Assembly: GCA_964430885.1 (NCBI GenBank)
Contig: CAYSHM010000020.1
Coordinates: 1-55,100, forward strand
Length of the DNA: 55,100 nucleotides
DNA from: an uncultured archaeon
Lineage (GTDB): Archaea > Thermoplasmatota > Penumbrarchaeia > JASLWR01
Reading direction: 5' to 3'
The notes beneath the pieces were generated by a model, which saw only the letters and a program-made list of their open reading frames with translations, searched no databases and was not told the origin of the DNA. Position 1 is the stretch's first letter. Every line of letters begins with the position of its first letter. Positions 1 to 7,963 of the stretch are shown here, piece after piece. The position numbers and the translations under genes are program-made.

Positions 1-943
1 ATCCCGCCAGTATCTCATCCTCATCCATATATCCATCATCATCATCGTCTTCATCGTATGCATCTGGCATCATGTCGCCATCGTAATCATCAGGGTAGGA
101 GGTTGCATTGGTTTTGTTGGTGCCCAGGTCATCTTCCCAAAGATCGGGGTATCCGTCACCGTCGGTATCAAGGAATTCCAGGTCCAGCCACATCATATCA
201 GATCCGTAGCCAACCATTGTGTTGTAATCCCAGACCCGCATTGTAAAATCCGCGCCATAGTTCATATCATATCCCTCTGACAAATTGAAATCCCATTCCT
301 CTCCGCTGTTCAAGGGGAAGGCTAATTCAATTACATAATCACCAGTTGCATTTTCTTCCCAATCTCCAGTAAAATTGATAACGAGCTCACCGTCCTGCAT
401 TGGGTCTCCGCTCACATTGAACTCGGCCCCGTCATCTCTGTAATCAAGGGGCCTATCAAGGAATGTATCCAATTCCATAATGGATATGTTCTCAGTCTCG
501 TTCCAGTAGATACAAAAAACAAATGCGTTATCCCCTTCGTTGAAACCGTCGTAATTATCATCGAAGGCTATGAAGAACATATCGCCCGCAGGTCCCATAT
601 CTGGCCCTCCCATTGGTTTATTGGGGAAGGTTGCGTTCTTTGCTACTATGCTCATATATAGAGTGTTCTGATCGTTATTCACGGCCATATTCAGGATTGT
701 TTCGTTCTCCATCCCTTTAAGGCTCAATTCTTTGAAATGGGATTCATTCCAATCTCCAGTCACATTACCGTCGATAATGGGAGGGGCAACATTGTATTGG
801 GATTCAACTTCCCAATCCCATTGATCGCGGTTCTCCCTGTTTCCATTTTCTTCATGAGATTCAGCAAGAATATTGATTGTTGGTGCGGTCAATATCATTG
901 CTAAAAAGATTACCAATAATCGTTTATTTTTTTTCTTCAGCAT
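1..943 (-). CDS. Secreted/surface protein with DOMON/CBM9-like domain and thrombospondin type-3-like Ca-binding repeats (3'-partial)
   Basis: Not in the ORF track; translated by hand. ATG at 943 follows an AGGTGAG RBS. The frame stays open to the window edge: MLKKKNKRLLVIFLAMILTAPTINILAES (signal peptide)...APPIIDGNVTGDW...NNDQNTLYMSI...YVIELAFPL...DTDGDGYPDLWE...DYDGDMMPDAYDEDDDDDGYMDEDE. Confidence 0.85.
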   Translation of the reverse strand, partial: MLKKKNKRLLVIFLAMILTAPTINILAESHEENGNRENRDQWDWEVESQYNVAPPIIDGNVTGDWNESHFKELSLKGMENETILNMAVNNDQNTLYMSIVAKNATFPNKPMGGPDMGPAGDMFFIAFDDNYDGFNEGDNAFVFCIYWNETENISIMELDTFLDRPLDYRDDGAEFNVSGDPMQDGELVINFTGDWEENATGDYVIELAFPLNSGEEWDFNLSEGYDMNYGADFTMRVWDYNTMVGYGSDMMWLDLEFLDTDGDGYPDLWEDDLGTNKTNATSYPDDYDGDMMPDAYDEDDDDDGYMDEDEILAG

Positions 944-1119
944 AAGCTCACCTTAAATCTACCATATAGAAAAAATTTAATAATAAGGTTTTAGAACTGA
1001 TATTAAACAAGGTTATTCATTTATAAAATTATCGGTAGGATATATCTATAGCCAGATTGAATTAATCCCGATTCATACAGTAACTCAATGGAATGATGTT
1101 CGAATATATCAAATTCCCT

Positions 1120-1596
1120 TTACCTTTTCACAGCTTTATGCTCCAAACTGTGTTTGTTGATGCCCTCTATTAGTGTCGGATCATTTTCAATTGCCTTCTG
1201 GGTAAGGGATAGGTATCTGCTTAATCTGATAGCCTCAGGGCTGATCTTGATGGTTTTTCCGTTCAAAATCACAAAATGCTCTCTCGGAACATCTATATCC
1301 GAAATATAATAGGCTTCATTTACGCCGGCATGCAGAGTGTAGCAGTCTGGCGAACAGTCTACCGTAAGTACAGTAATACTTCGGGGCTTTGTGGATGTAA
1401 GCATGGAGGCTAGTTTTCCGAAGATAGGCTGTTCCGCTTCGGGACACACTGTGAGAACTACCCTCCCCTTTGAGAATTCTTTGAATATGTCGCTATATGA
1501 ATTTCGAACACATTCACCCATGATCAATACATCCGCGCCATTCATGAATGGGCTTTTAGCCCAGCTCTCTATCAGTTTTGCTTCTATAGACCCCAT
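1120..1596 (-). CDS. Putative Fe-S/metal-binding protein (family usually annotated as 4Fe-4S ferredoxin-associated)
   Basis: Motifs SPFMNGADVLIMGEC, VLTVCPE and SITVLTVDCSPDC resemble the 'GADLLIAADC..GCPK..SITV..EVPCC' family. ATG 1596 is preferred over TTG 1611. Confidence 0.55.
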   Translation of the reverse strand: MGSIEAKLIESWAKSPFMNGADVLIMGECVRNSYSDIFKEFSKGRVVLTVCPEAEQPIFGKLASMLTSTKPRSITVLTVDCSPDCYTLHAGVNEAYYISDIDVPREHFVILNGKTIKISPEAIRLSRYLSLTQKAIENDPTLIEGINKHSLEHKAVKR

Positions 1597-1838
1597 AAGA
1601 CCAACTTCCAAAATATCAGTGATTTAAACTACCCTTTCAATTACTCAACTATTTTCAATCCTAAAGCATGAGGCCATATACATAATTTTATGTGATTATC
1701 ATATTGTTGAGAACGATTAATATTTTTACATTCATTCACCATAGTGGGCCGGATGAAGTGTAAATGACAAAAAATATTTATCCATCGATAACTGTGACTT
1801 TAATAGCTAGGCCATACATAAATCTAATGGGGGATGCA

Positions 1839-4800
1839 ATGAAGAAGTCTTATGAGAATCTGATCTTCGATCCACTTCTGGTACCTACAACTGTGGTTAT
1901 TCTGCTATTGCTCAATATACTGCCGGGTATTGGTGGTGTGAATTACTCCATTCAGGAGCATTTCGAAAGCGGGATAGAGTATAAAACCATCATATTCAAC
2001 ACTTCTGGATATGACAACAATGTTGAAATGAAAGTGGGTGGAAATCATTCCCTGAAGCACTTGAATGTTCAGATTACAGGGGCTCCATTCATTAGGACCA
2101 AGCCTATCAATGTGTATGACCTGGAAGATCATGAAGGAGAGTTGGATTCGAATCTGAGAATAATCAATGATGGGTCCAATAAAAGACTGGCACTGAAACC
2201 TGGTAGACTGCATTACCAGTATGATGATATGTCTGCAGGAACAGATGTTAACATTACCAGGGATGATGATCTTACACTTGAGAAAACAGACAGTCTGTTC
2301 AAAACTCCCAACACAAGGGTGGATGACTCCCCGATAGGTAAATCATCCGGGTGGCCTGCTCTAAAGGTGGATAAGGGAGGTGATATTCATGTGACTTATC
2401 ATGATGCCCGTGATGATCCGGCAAATCTGCGGTTCAAGGTATATTACACACGGTCTTCAGACGATGGGTTAACATTCCAGCCGGGAGTCAGGGTCGATTC
2501 CACACAGGTTGATGCCTTTGCTTCCTTCCCGGATATTGACATTCATGAAGACCTGGAGGGTAATGAAAGGATCTATCTTACATGGTACGACAACCGAACA
2601 GGTAATCATACAGTATACTGTGGTTTTTCCGATGACAGAGGCGCCACCTTCTCTGAAACAAGGGTCTGGCAGAATCATACGATAGGTGAATTGGATAATC
2701 CATCCATCGCTGCAGCTCCAAACGGATCGGTTCATATTACATGGACCGCATCGCCTCCCGGGGAAGGATGGCATACCTATCATGCTATGTCTATAGACAG
2801 TGCCAACTCATTCCGGCCGGCAGTCAGGGTGGATAATTCCACAAATGCGGAACAGAGGTGGAGCAACATAGCTGTTGACAACAGTAATCGAACTTATATA
2901 ACCTGGGCGGATTCCCGAGGGCCTAGAATGGAGATATATTGTGCACGTTCCGATGACGGTGTTTCTTTCAATAGTGCGGCAAAGGTCAATGATGCCTCGT
3001 TCTATCCCCTTTTCAGACCGGCAGTAGCAATAGATACCAGTAATAGGGTTCATGTTACATGGATGGATACAAGGGAGGGCGGGAATTTCAGAACGGGATA
3101 TGCAATGTCCGACAATTTTGGGGCGTCCTTCCATGATAACCGCAAGGTTGCGGACCTGAACGCAGGCTACCAGGGTACTCCTTCCATTGTCACGGATCAT
3201 GATGACAGGGTCCATATTGTTTTCGAGGATGGCCGAAACGGAAATCTAGATATATATTACACAAACAGCAGCAACTACGTACAGTTCACAGACAACATCA
3301 GGGTGGATGATACTGGCAACCTGGCAATATCTCAGGGCTACGCAGATGTTTCACTAGGCCCTGACGGCCGGCTCCATACCGTATGGATGGACGAGAGGAA
3401 AAGTGTTTTTGGTATTTATTACTCCAATACTCAATACTACAAGAACCGCGGGGAATATTCAAGCCCGACCTTGGATCCTGGGCGGGACCTAGCTGACAAT
3501 ATTACAGCTTATCTGAATTACAGTTCATATATCCCGGATGGGACCGCAATCAATGTCAGCTGGGCTTTATCCCATGACAGTCTTCATTGGAGTTATTACT
3601 ATAATGTATCCGATAATTTCTCCTTTGTACCTGGCATTGATCCGGGGTATTCTGTAAGATATATCCGAATATTTCTTGATATGGATGGCAATTCCATGAC
3701 CACGCCTATATTCCGTGGTATAACCCTCGAGGGGATGACCTATCCTGATGAGGGTATATATTTATCGAAATCATTGCATAACTCACCGTACTCATTGAAC
3801 AACATCACCTTGAATTATGTTAATATGTGCCATAAATCCGCACGACCGTTTTTCTCAGTGTATGACGGCGAGTATCCTCAGGAAATCACCTCCAATGCAA
3901 AATATGAGTTTCAGAATAACGAGAATGACTTTTACTGGGAACTTCATTTGGGATCATCAGGGAATGTTACTCCTGAGATATCGGGTATCGCTTTTATCAT
4001 CAATATGTCTTCTTTCCCCCGCAATGTGACCATTGATCTCTATGATGACGGCGACATGGATTGGTTCCATGAAGGGCAGCTGAAAGGACCATTCATAGCA
4101 TCCTTTTCCTTGGATGATGTCATAGGTATGGAAGGAATCAGATTCAACATATCCACCGATACACCCGGAACAATCAATTTGATCGATCCGCTTCTTCGTT
4201 ATAATTCCCCTCCATTCATTATCTCGAATTATCCATTATCAAAAAACCTGAAGGGTTCCGATAAGGAAAGCTTACATTTCTCCATCAATGCAACAGATGC
4301 GGAAGACCCCTTTCCTTCTGTAAATTGGTATGTCGACGATGTATGGAGGGCCAGTGGTGATAATTTCATCTATGACATGATGAAAGAGGATTTGGGAATT
4401 CATAAGGTAATGTCAGTTGTGGGCGACGGTGAATTTCAGGTGAACCGAACCTGGGATGTGGAAGTACTGCATGAGAATCGCCCTCCTTTCATATATAACA
4501 GAGACCCTGATGAAGATGATTTCCTCAGGACCATAAAAGGTCATATAAGTCCGGAGTATACTTTCACGGCAGAGGCGCTCGATCCTGATGGAGACATCCT
4601 GACATACAGGTGGTTTTTGAATGATTCACTTATAGATATTAATACATCTTCCGTAGTTATCTTTTTCACCGAATTCCAAAGAGGAAATCACACGTTGGTA
4701 TGCAATGTTACCGATGGATTTTTGTGGGATTCTGCGGCCTGGAATCTCTCTATCCAGTTTGCACCTGACCTTTCAGATCCCAATGAAACGGCTTCGGATG

Positions 4801-5306
4801 ATGATGGCCCAAATAATAATAATAATAATAATAATAATACCGATCCTGTTAAGTCCAAGGATAGCAGGGAGGAGGAATCTTCCATATCCAGCCCGGTAAT
4901 TTGGATCGTGATAGTATTGATAATCCTTCTATTGACGTTAGGTCTGTTCTTAGGTCTATTTATGATGTTGAGGAGGAAAAAAACTGAGGGTAATGAGAAG
5001 ATGGATGGTTGTCCCGAAGACTCAGATTCTGTTGATGAAGATCATTGCAAAAGGGACCCCTTAAAAACAGGTCCCGCTAGTGCTCAAGACCGCGAAATTC
5101 CTGAAGAACAACAGGATATCTCCAACAGCCAAATGATCGAGAATAATATTGATCTCCCTACCCATCAGAATATTGAAATTGAAGAAAATAATGTTGTGGA
5201 GATAAGAGATATGAATTTGGATCAAAGCGGAGTGGGAACGGCTTCAGGTCTTGTTGATAAAAAACTGCCATCTCACCAGATTTCCCCACCCCCTCCGGCG
5301 TTATGA
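1839..5306 (+). CDS. Large surface protein with Asp-box (BNR) beta-propeller, Ig-like domains and C-terminal membrane anchor
   Basis: Signal-like N-terminus. About 7 repeats of H/Y-(V/I)-x-W-x-D-x-R with SxDxGxTF Asp-boxes. NxPP..DPDGD Ig-like units, then TM VIWIVIVLIILLLTLGLFLGLFMML followed by RRKK. ATG 1839 follows GGGGGA (ORF track start 1764). Confidence 0.8.
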   Translation: MKKSYENLIFDPLLVPTTVVILLLLNILPGIGGVNYSIQEHFESGIEYKTIIFNTSGYDNNVEMKVGGNHSLKHLNVQITGAPFIRTKPINVYDLEDHEGELDSNLRIINDGSNKRLALKPGRLHYQYDDMSAGTDVNITRDDDLTLEKTDSLFKTPNTRVDDSPIGKSSGWPALKVDKGGDIHVTYHDARDDPANLRFKVYYTRSSDDGLTFQPGVRVDSTQVDAFASFPDIDIHEDLEGNERIYLTWYDNRTGNHTVYCGFSDDRGATFSETRVWQNHTIGELDNPSIAAAPNGSVHITWTASPPGEGWHTYHAMSIDSANSFRPAVRVDNSTNAEQRWSNIAVDNSNRTYITWADSRGPRMEIYCARSDDGVSFNSAAKVNDASFYPLFRPAVAIDTSNRVHVTWMDTREGGNFRTGYAMSDNFGASFHDNRKVADLNAGYQGTPSIVTDHDDRVHIVFEDGRNGNLDIYYTNSSNYVQFTDNIRVDDTGNLAISQGYADVSLGPDGRLHTVWMDERKSVFGIYYSNTQYYKNRGEYSSPTLDPGRDLADNITAYLNYSSYIPDGTAINVSWALSHDSLHWSYYYNVSDNFSFVPGIDPGYSVRYIRIFLDMDGNSMTTPIFRGITLEGMTYPDEGIYLSKSLHNSPYSLNNITLNYVNMCHKSARPFFSVYDGEYPQEITSNAKYEFQNNENDFYWELHLGSSGNVTPEISGIAFIINMSSFPRNVTIDLYDDGDMDWFHEGQLKGPFIASFSLDDVIGMEGIRFNISTDTPGTINLIDPLLRYNSPPFIISNYPLSKNLKGSDKESLHFSINATDAEDPFPSVNWYVDDVWRASGDNFIYDMMKEDLGIHKVMSVVGDGEFQVNRTWDVEVLHENRPPFIYNRDPDEDDFLRTIKGHISPEYTFTAEALDPDGDILTYRWFLNDSLIDINTSSVVIFFTEFQRGNHTLVCNVTDGFLWDSAAWNLSIQFAPDLSDPNETASDDDGPNNNNNNNNNTDPVKSKDSREEESSISSPVIWIVIVLIILLLTLGLFLGLFMMLRRKKTEGNEKMDGCPEDSDSVDEDHCKRDPLKTGPASAQDREIPEEQQDISNSQMIENNIDLPTHQNIEIEENNVVEIRDMNLDQSGVGTASGLVDKKLPSHQISPPPPAL
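4812..4838 (+). repeat. (AAT)9 microsatellite encoding poly-Asn
   Basis: Nine perfect AAT units in frame in the linker just before the TM helix. Confidence 0.95.
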
Positions 5307-5335
5307 CAAATCAAAACCGAAATGGAAATGATAAT

Positions 5336-6238
5336 TCAATTCAATATCACAAAAGAAACATGATATTCATATTTTAATTTTTCAAATGGTTCATTATCCA
5401 AAAGGGCCCCTAAGGTCCATGAACGGGCATGAAAGCGGTATGCCTTCAAGGAATTAAATCGTTTTAAGGCTTTTCCATGAAGAACAAAATCATATTCCGC
5501 ATCGGGTAATGTGCCTTCAGCGGTATCTGGAGATAGTTTATTGGTGCTGAAAGTCTCGAATATCTCGATATCGTGAGTGCTGACCGAAAAACCGATACCG
5601 AGAGCTTTGGAAACCGCTTCTTTGAGAGTATATATTTTGGTCATATATTTATGAAAAGGGTTCATGCTGCTGCCGATTTTCTTTCTTAGGATTTCGTCCA
5701 TGTTTTCCTCATTATGCCGACCAATGTTCTGTTCAGCTATTTTCAATTCCCTTTTGGTAAAGGCAGTTCGATAGAAGGACGATTCTCTTCTTTCCACCTT
5801 CTCTAGATCCGTACCCAGACCCAGCAGTTTACCTGACAGGCTCACTGCAGCAAGGACAAGTTCATTTGAGTGGGATATTGATATCCTCAAGTTTTGGAGC
5901 ATTTTGCCATTGTGATGCACTGCCGGAGCTTTACTCTCAATAGGAAGTATGGATAATTCGGGAGGTTCTGCTAAAATAAAGCCTTTCTTATGAATATTGA
6001 CCAAGAGTTTTTTTCCAGCCAACCTTCCGGAAAGCCATTCCCTCTGCCGTTTTTCACCGCCCAATCCATCAAATATCTTCCTTTCATCGTGGGTGAGAAC
6101 CGATTGGTATTCACCGCTAACATCAGGAATTATTTTATCCAGGCAACAAAATATATCATGTCTATCAATGACAATTATTCTCCCAATAAATCCTCCATTC
6201 CCTTTTTTGTGATCAGAAATCTTGTGTTCACAATGCAA
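5336..6238 (-). CDS. 4'-phosphopantetheinyl transferase, Sfp-type
   Basis: LTHDE..KRQREWLSGR, ISISHS, GLGTDLE (5801-5815), FTKRE and YTLKEAVSKALGIG match the Sfp-family motifs G[IV]D[IL]E and W/FxxKEAxxKA. Confidence 0.88.
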   Translation of the reverse strand: MHCEHKISDHKKGNGGFIGRIIVIDRHDIFCCLDKIIPDVSGEYQSVLTHDERKIFDGLGGEKRQREWLSGRLAGKKLLVNIHKKGFILAEPPELSILPIESKAPAVHHNGKMLQNLRISISHSNELVLAAVSLSGKLLGLGTDLEKVERRESSFYRTAFTKRELKIAEQNIGRHNEENMDEILRKKIGSSMNPFHKYMTKIYTLKEAVSKALGIGFSVSTHDIEIFETFSTNKLSPDTAEGTLPDAEYDFVLHGKALKRFNSLKAYRFHARSWTLGALLDNEPFEKLKYEYHVSFVILN

Positions 6239-6242
6239 ATCA

Positions 6243-7937
6243 TCATTTTTTCTTCTTATTGTAAACCACCGCTATCACTATAATGAATAATACAACAATC
6301 AAACCTAAGATCCACCAGTTCAAACCGCTCTTCGGCTCCTTGTTCGATGCGCCAGGGTTCAATACCATGAAATCCCTGGTTATAATGGCGGTCTCGCCGC
6401 CCTTGCTGTTGCTCCCTTTCACGCTGACAGTATGGTTTGTCCCTTGGATTTTAGAAAGGTCTATTGGAAAATCCCATTTCACCATATCCCCTTCATCATT
6501 GGTAAGTGCTTCTACCCAAGCACCATCATCCAGTCTAGCAAATACGCTTGGTTTTTCATTCAGGTCAACAGCTGAACCGGTCACAATAAAGGTTTGCTGG
6601 TTATTCTCAATCCTTTCCCCGGGTTTCAGATCGATGGTTATGGTAGGAGGGGTATTCTGGGCATTTGATGTCAGGTCGGTGAAATATCCGATATAATCAT
6701 CCCAGAATCCTTCCTTGGCAAAGTCCAGGGTGTCGAATTCTTCGGAATATTGTACATCGATGTTATTGGGTAGATATATGGACAATCCGTATGCCCTGGG
6801 ATGGTAGGAGTCCGTTCTCACATCAATTATGGCATTCTGAGTCTTTTCCTTTACAATCCTCAGGGCGGAATTCAGCTCCTGGGAAAGAGGGACAAGTTTG
6901 TCCAGCTGTTCCATAAGGTCCATCACATCGAATAATGTATATGATGATACCTTGAAGGGGCCAGGAACATCTGGATAAGCATAGCATTCAGAAATGCTTC
7001 TGGCGCCTTTTACCTGAATGTTATGCTGGGTATTGTCCGACGCCAATATCATAGCTAATCTGTTCACCGATTGGGCCAGATCATTTATCTTTGATAGGTC
7101 GAAGAGCGCCAAACTCACCACAGGTGAATCGGATGGGTCGTCGTTATTATCAGTGTAGGAATCGATATAATCATTTACAATTTCAGAACCCAGGTCTTGG
7201 GCTGACATTGATGGATTCTTGTCAAGAGCTGAAAAAATCAATTCATACGGCCACCCGTCTCCGGGTTCGACAAATCCCGAAGCAACAGAATAATCAGCAA
7301 AGTCTTTGATCTGGTACATTACTCCAAGCTGGGCCATTAGACATGCATCGAATCCGATTATATCTAGATTGTGTCCGATCTCTTTTCTGATAGTTGACAG
7401 GGCATATGTCAAATCTTCCATACTGAGAAAATCATGCGGTTCGCTACCGTCGTCCCAGCACACCCCCCAGAATGCACCTCCATGATTCCACAGATCCAGG
7501 AAATACCTTCTTGCAGGGTAGTTCTCGTAAGCCCAGAGAACAAAATCTATAAGGTTGTCAGGGTCGCCCATGTTCATCTCACCCATGTCCTCGAGAACCG
7601 GTGAGGTTATTGTGCTGGGTTCGCTGTCTTTCTCGATCCGGTATCTTTTGGTTCCTTTCCAATCATCATTGGATTCGTCGTAGCCCTCTGCGCGGTCGAA
7701 CTGGACTATATAATTGAGCTTGTCGTTTGATCCCACGGTTTCCATCTCATTTACGTCTTCCACTCCAGCTCCTTCAAGGTTATTGTCCGCAGCCAGATAT
7801 ACCATAAATGTCCATTCGGCCAAACCCTCATCGAGGGATGGCTCCTGGTCATCTCCGGTTGTAATGACGGAGATAGTGGTGGTTCCTAGGAGGAACATTA
7901 TCAATGTTATTATCATCATTATTTTCTTGGTGATCAT
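6243..7937 (-). CDS. Clostripain-family (peptidase C11) cysteine protease, membrane-anchored
   Basis: WTFMVYLAADNNLE, EMNMGDP, LWNHGGA (catalytic His), IIGFDACLMA (catalytic Cys), EPGDGWPY, GLSIYLP. Signal peptide, Ig-like domain, C-terminal TM plus KKKK. Confidence 0.93.
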   Translation of the reverse strand: MITKKIMMIITLIMFLLGTTTISVITTGDDQEPSLDEGLAEWTFMVYLAADNNLEGAGVEDVNEMETVGSNDKLNYIVQFDRAEGYDESNDDWKGTKRYRIEKDSEPSTITSPVLEDMGEMNMGDPDNLIDFVLWAYENYPARRYFLDLWNHGGAFWGVCWDDGSEPHDFLSMEDLTYALSTIRKEIGHNLDIIGFDACLMAQLGVMYQIKDFADYSVASGFVEPGDGWPYELIFSALDKNPSMSAQDLGSEIVNDYIDSYTDNNDDPSDSPVVSLALFDLSKINDLAQSVNRLAMILASDNTQHNIQVKGARSISECYAYPDVPGPFKVSSYTLFDVMDLMEQLDKLVPLSQELNSALRIVKEKTQNAIIDVRTDSYHPRAYGLSIYLPNNIDVQYSEEFDTLDFAKEGFWDDYIGYFTDLTSNAQNTPPTITIDLKPGERIENNQQTFIVTGSAVDLNEKPSVFARLDDGAWVEALTNDEGDMVKWDFPIDLSKIQGTNHTVSVKGSNSKGGETAIITRDFMVLNPGASNKEPKSGLNWWILGLIVVLFIIVIAVVYNKKKK

Positions 7938-7963
7938 GAAATCACATCCATTTTTGATTTAAT

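Noticed and set aside
1839-5306. Calling the propeller protein a sialidase
   Set aside because: Asp-boxes are structural only, and no RIP motif or catalytic set was identified.
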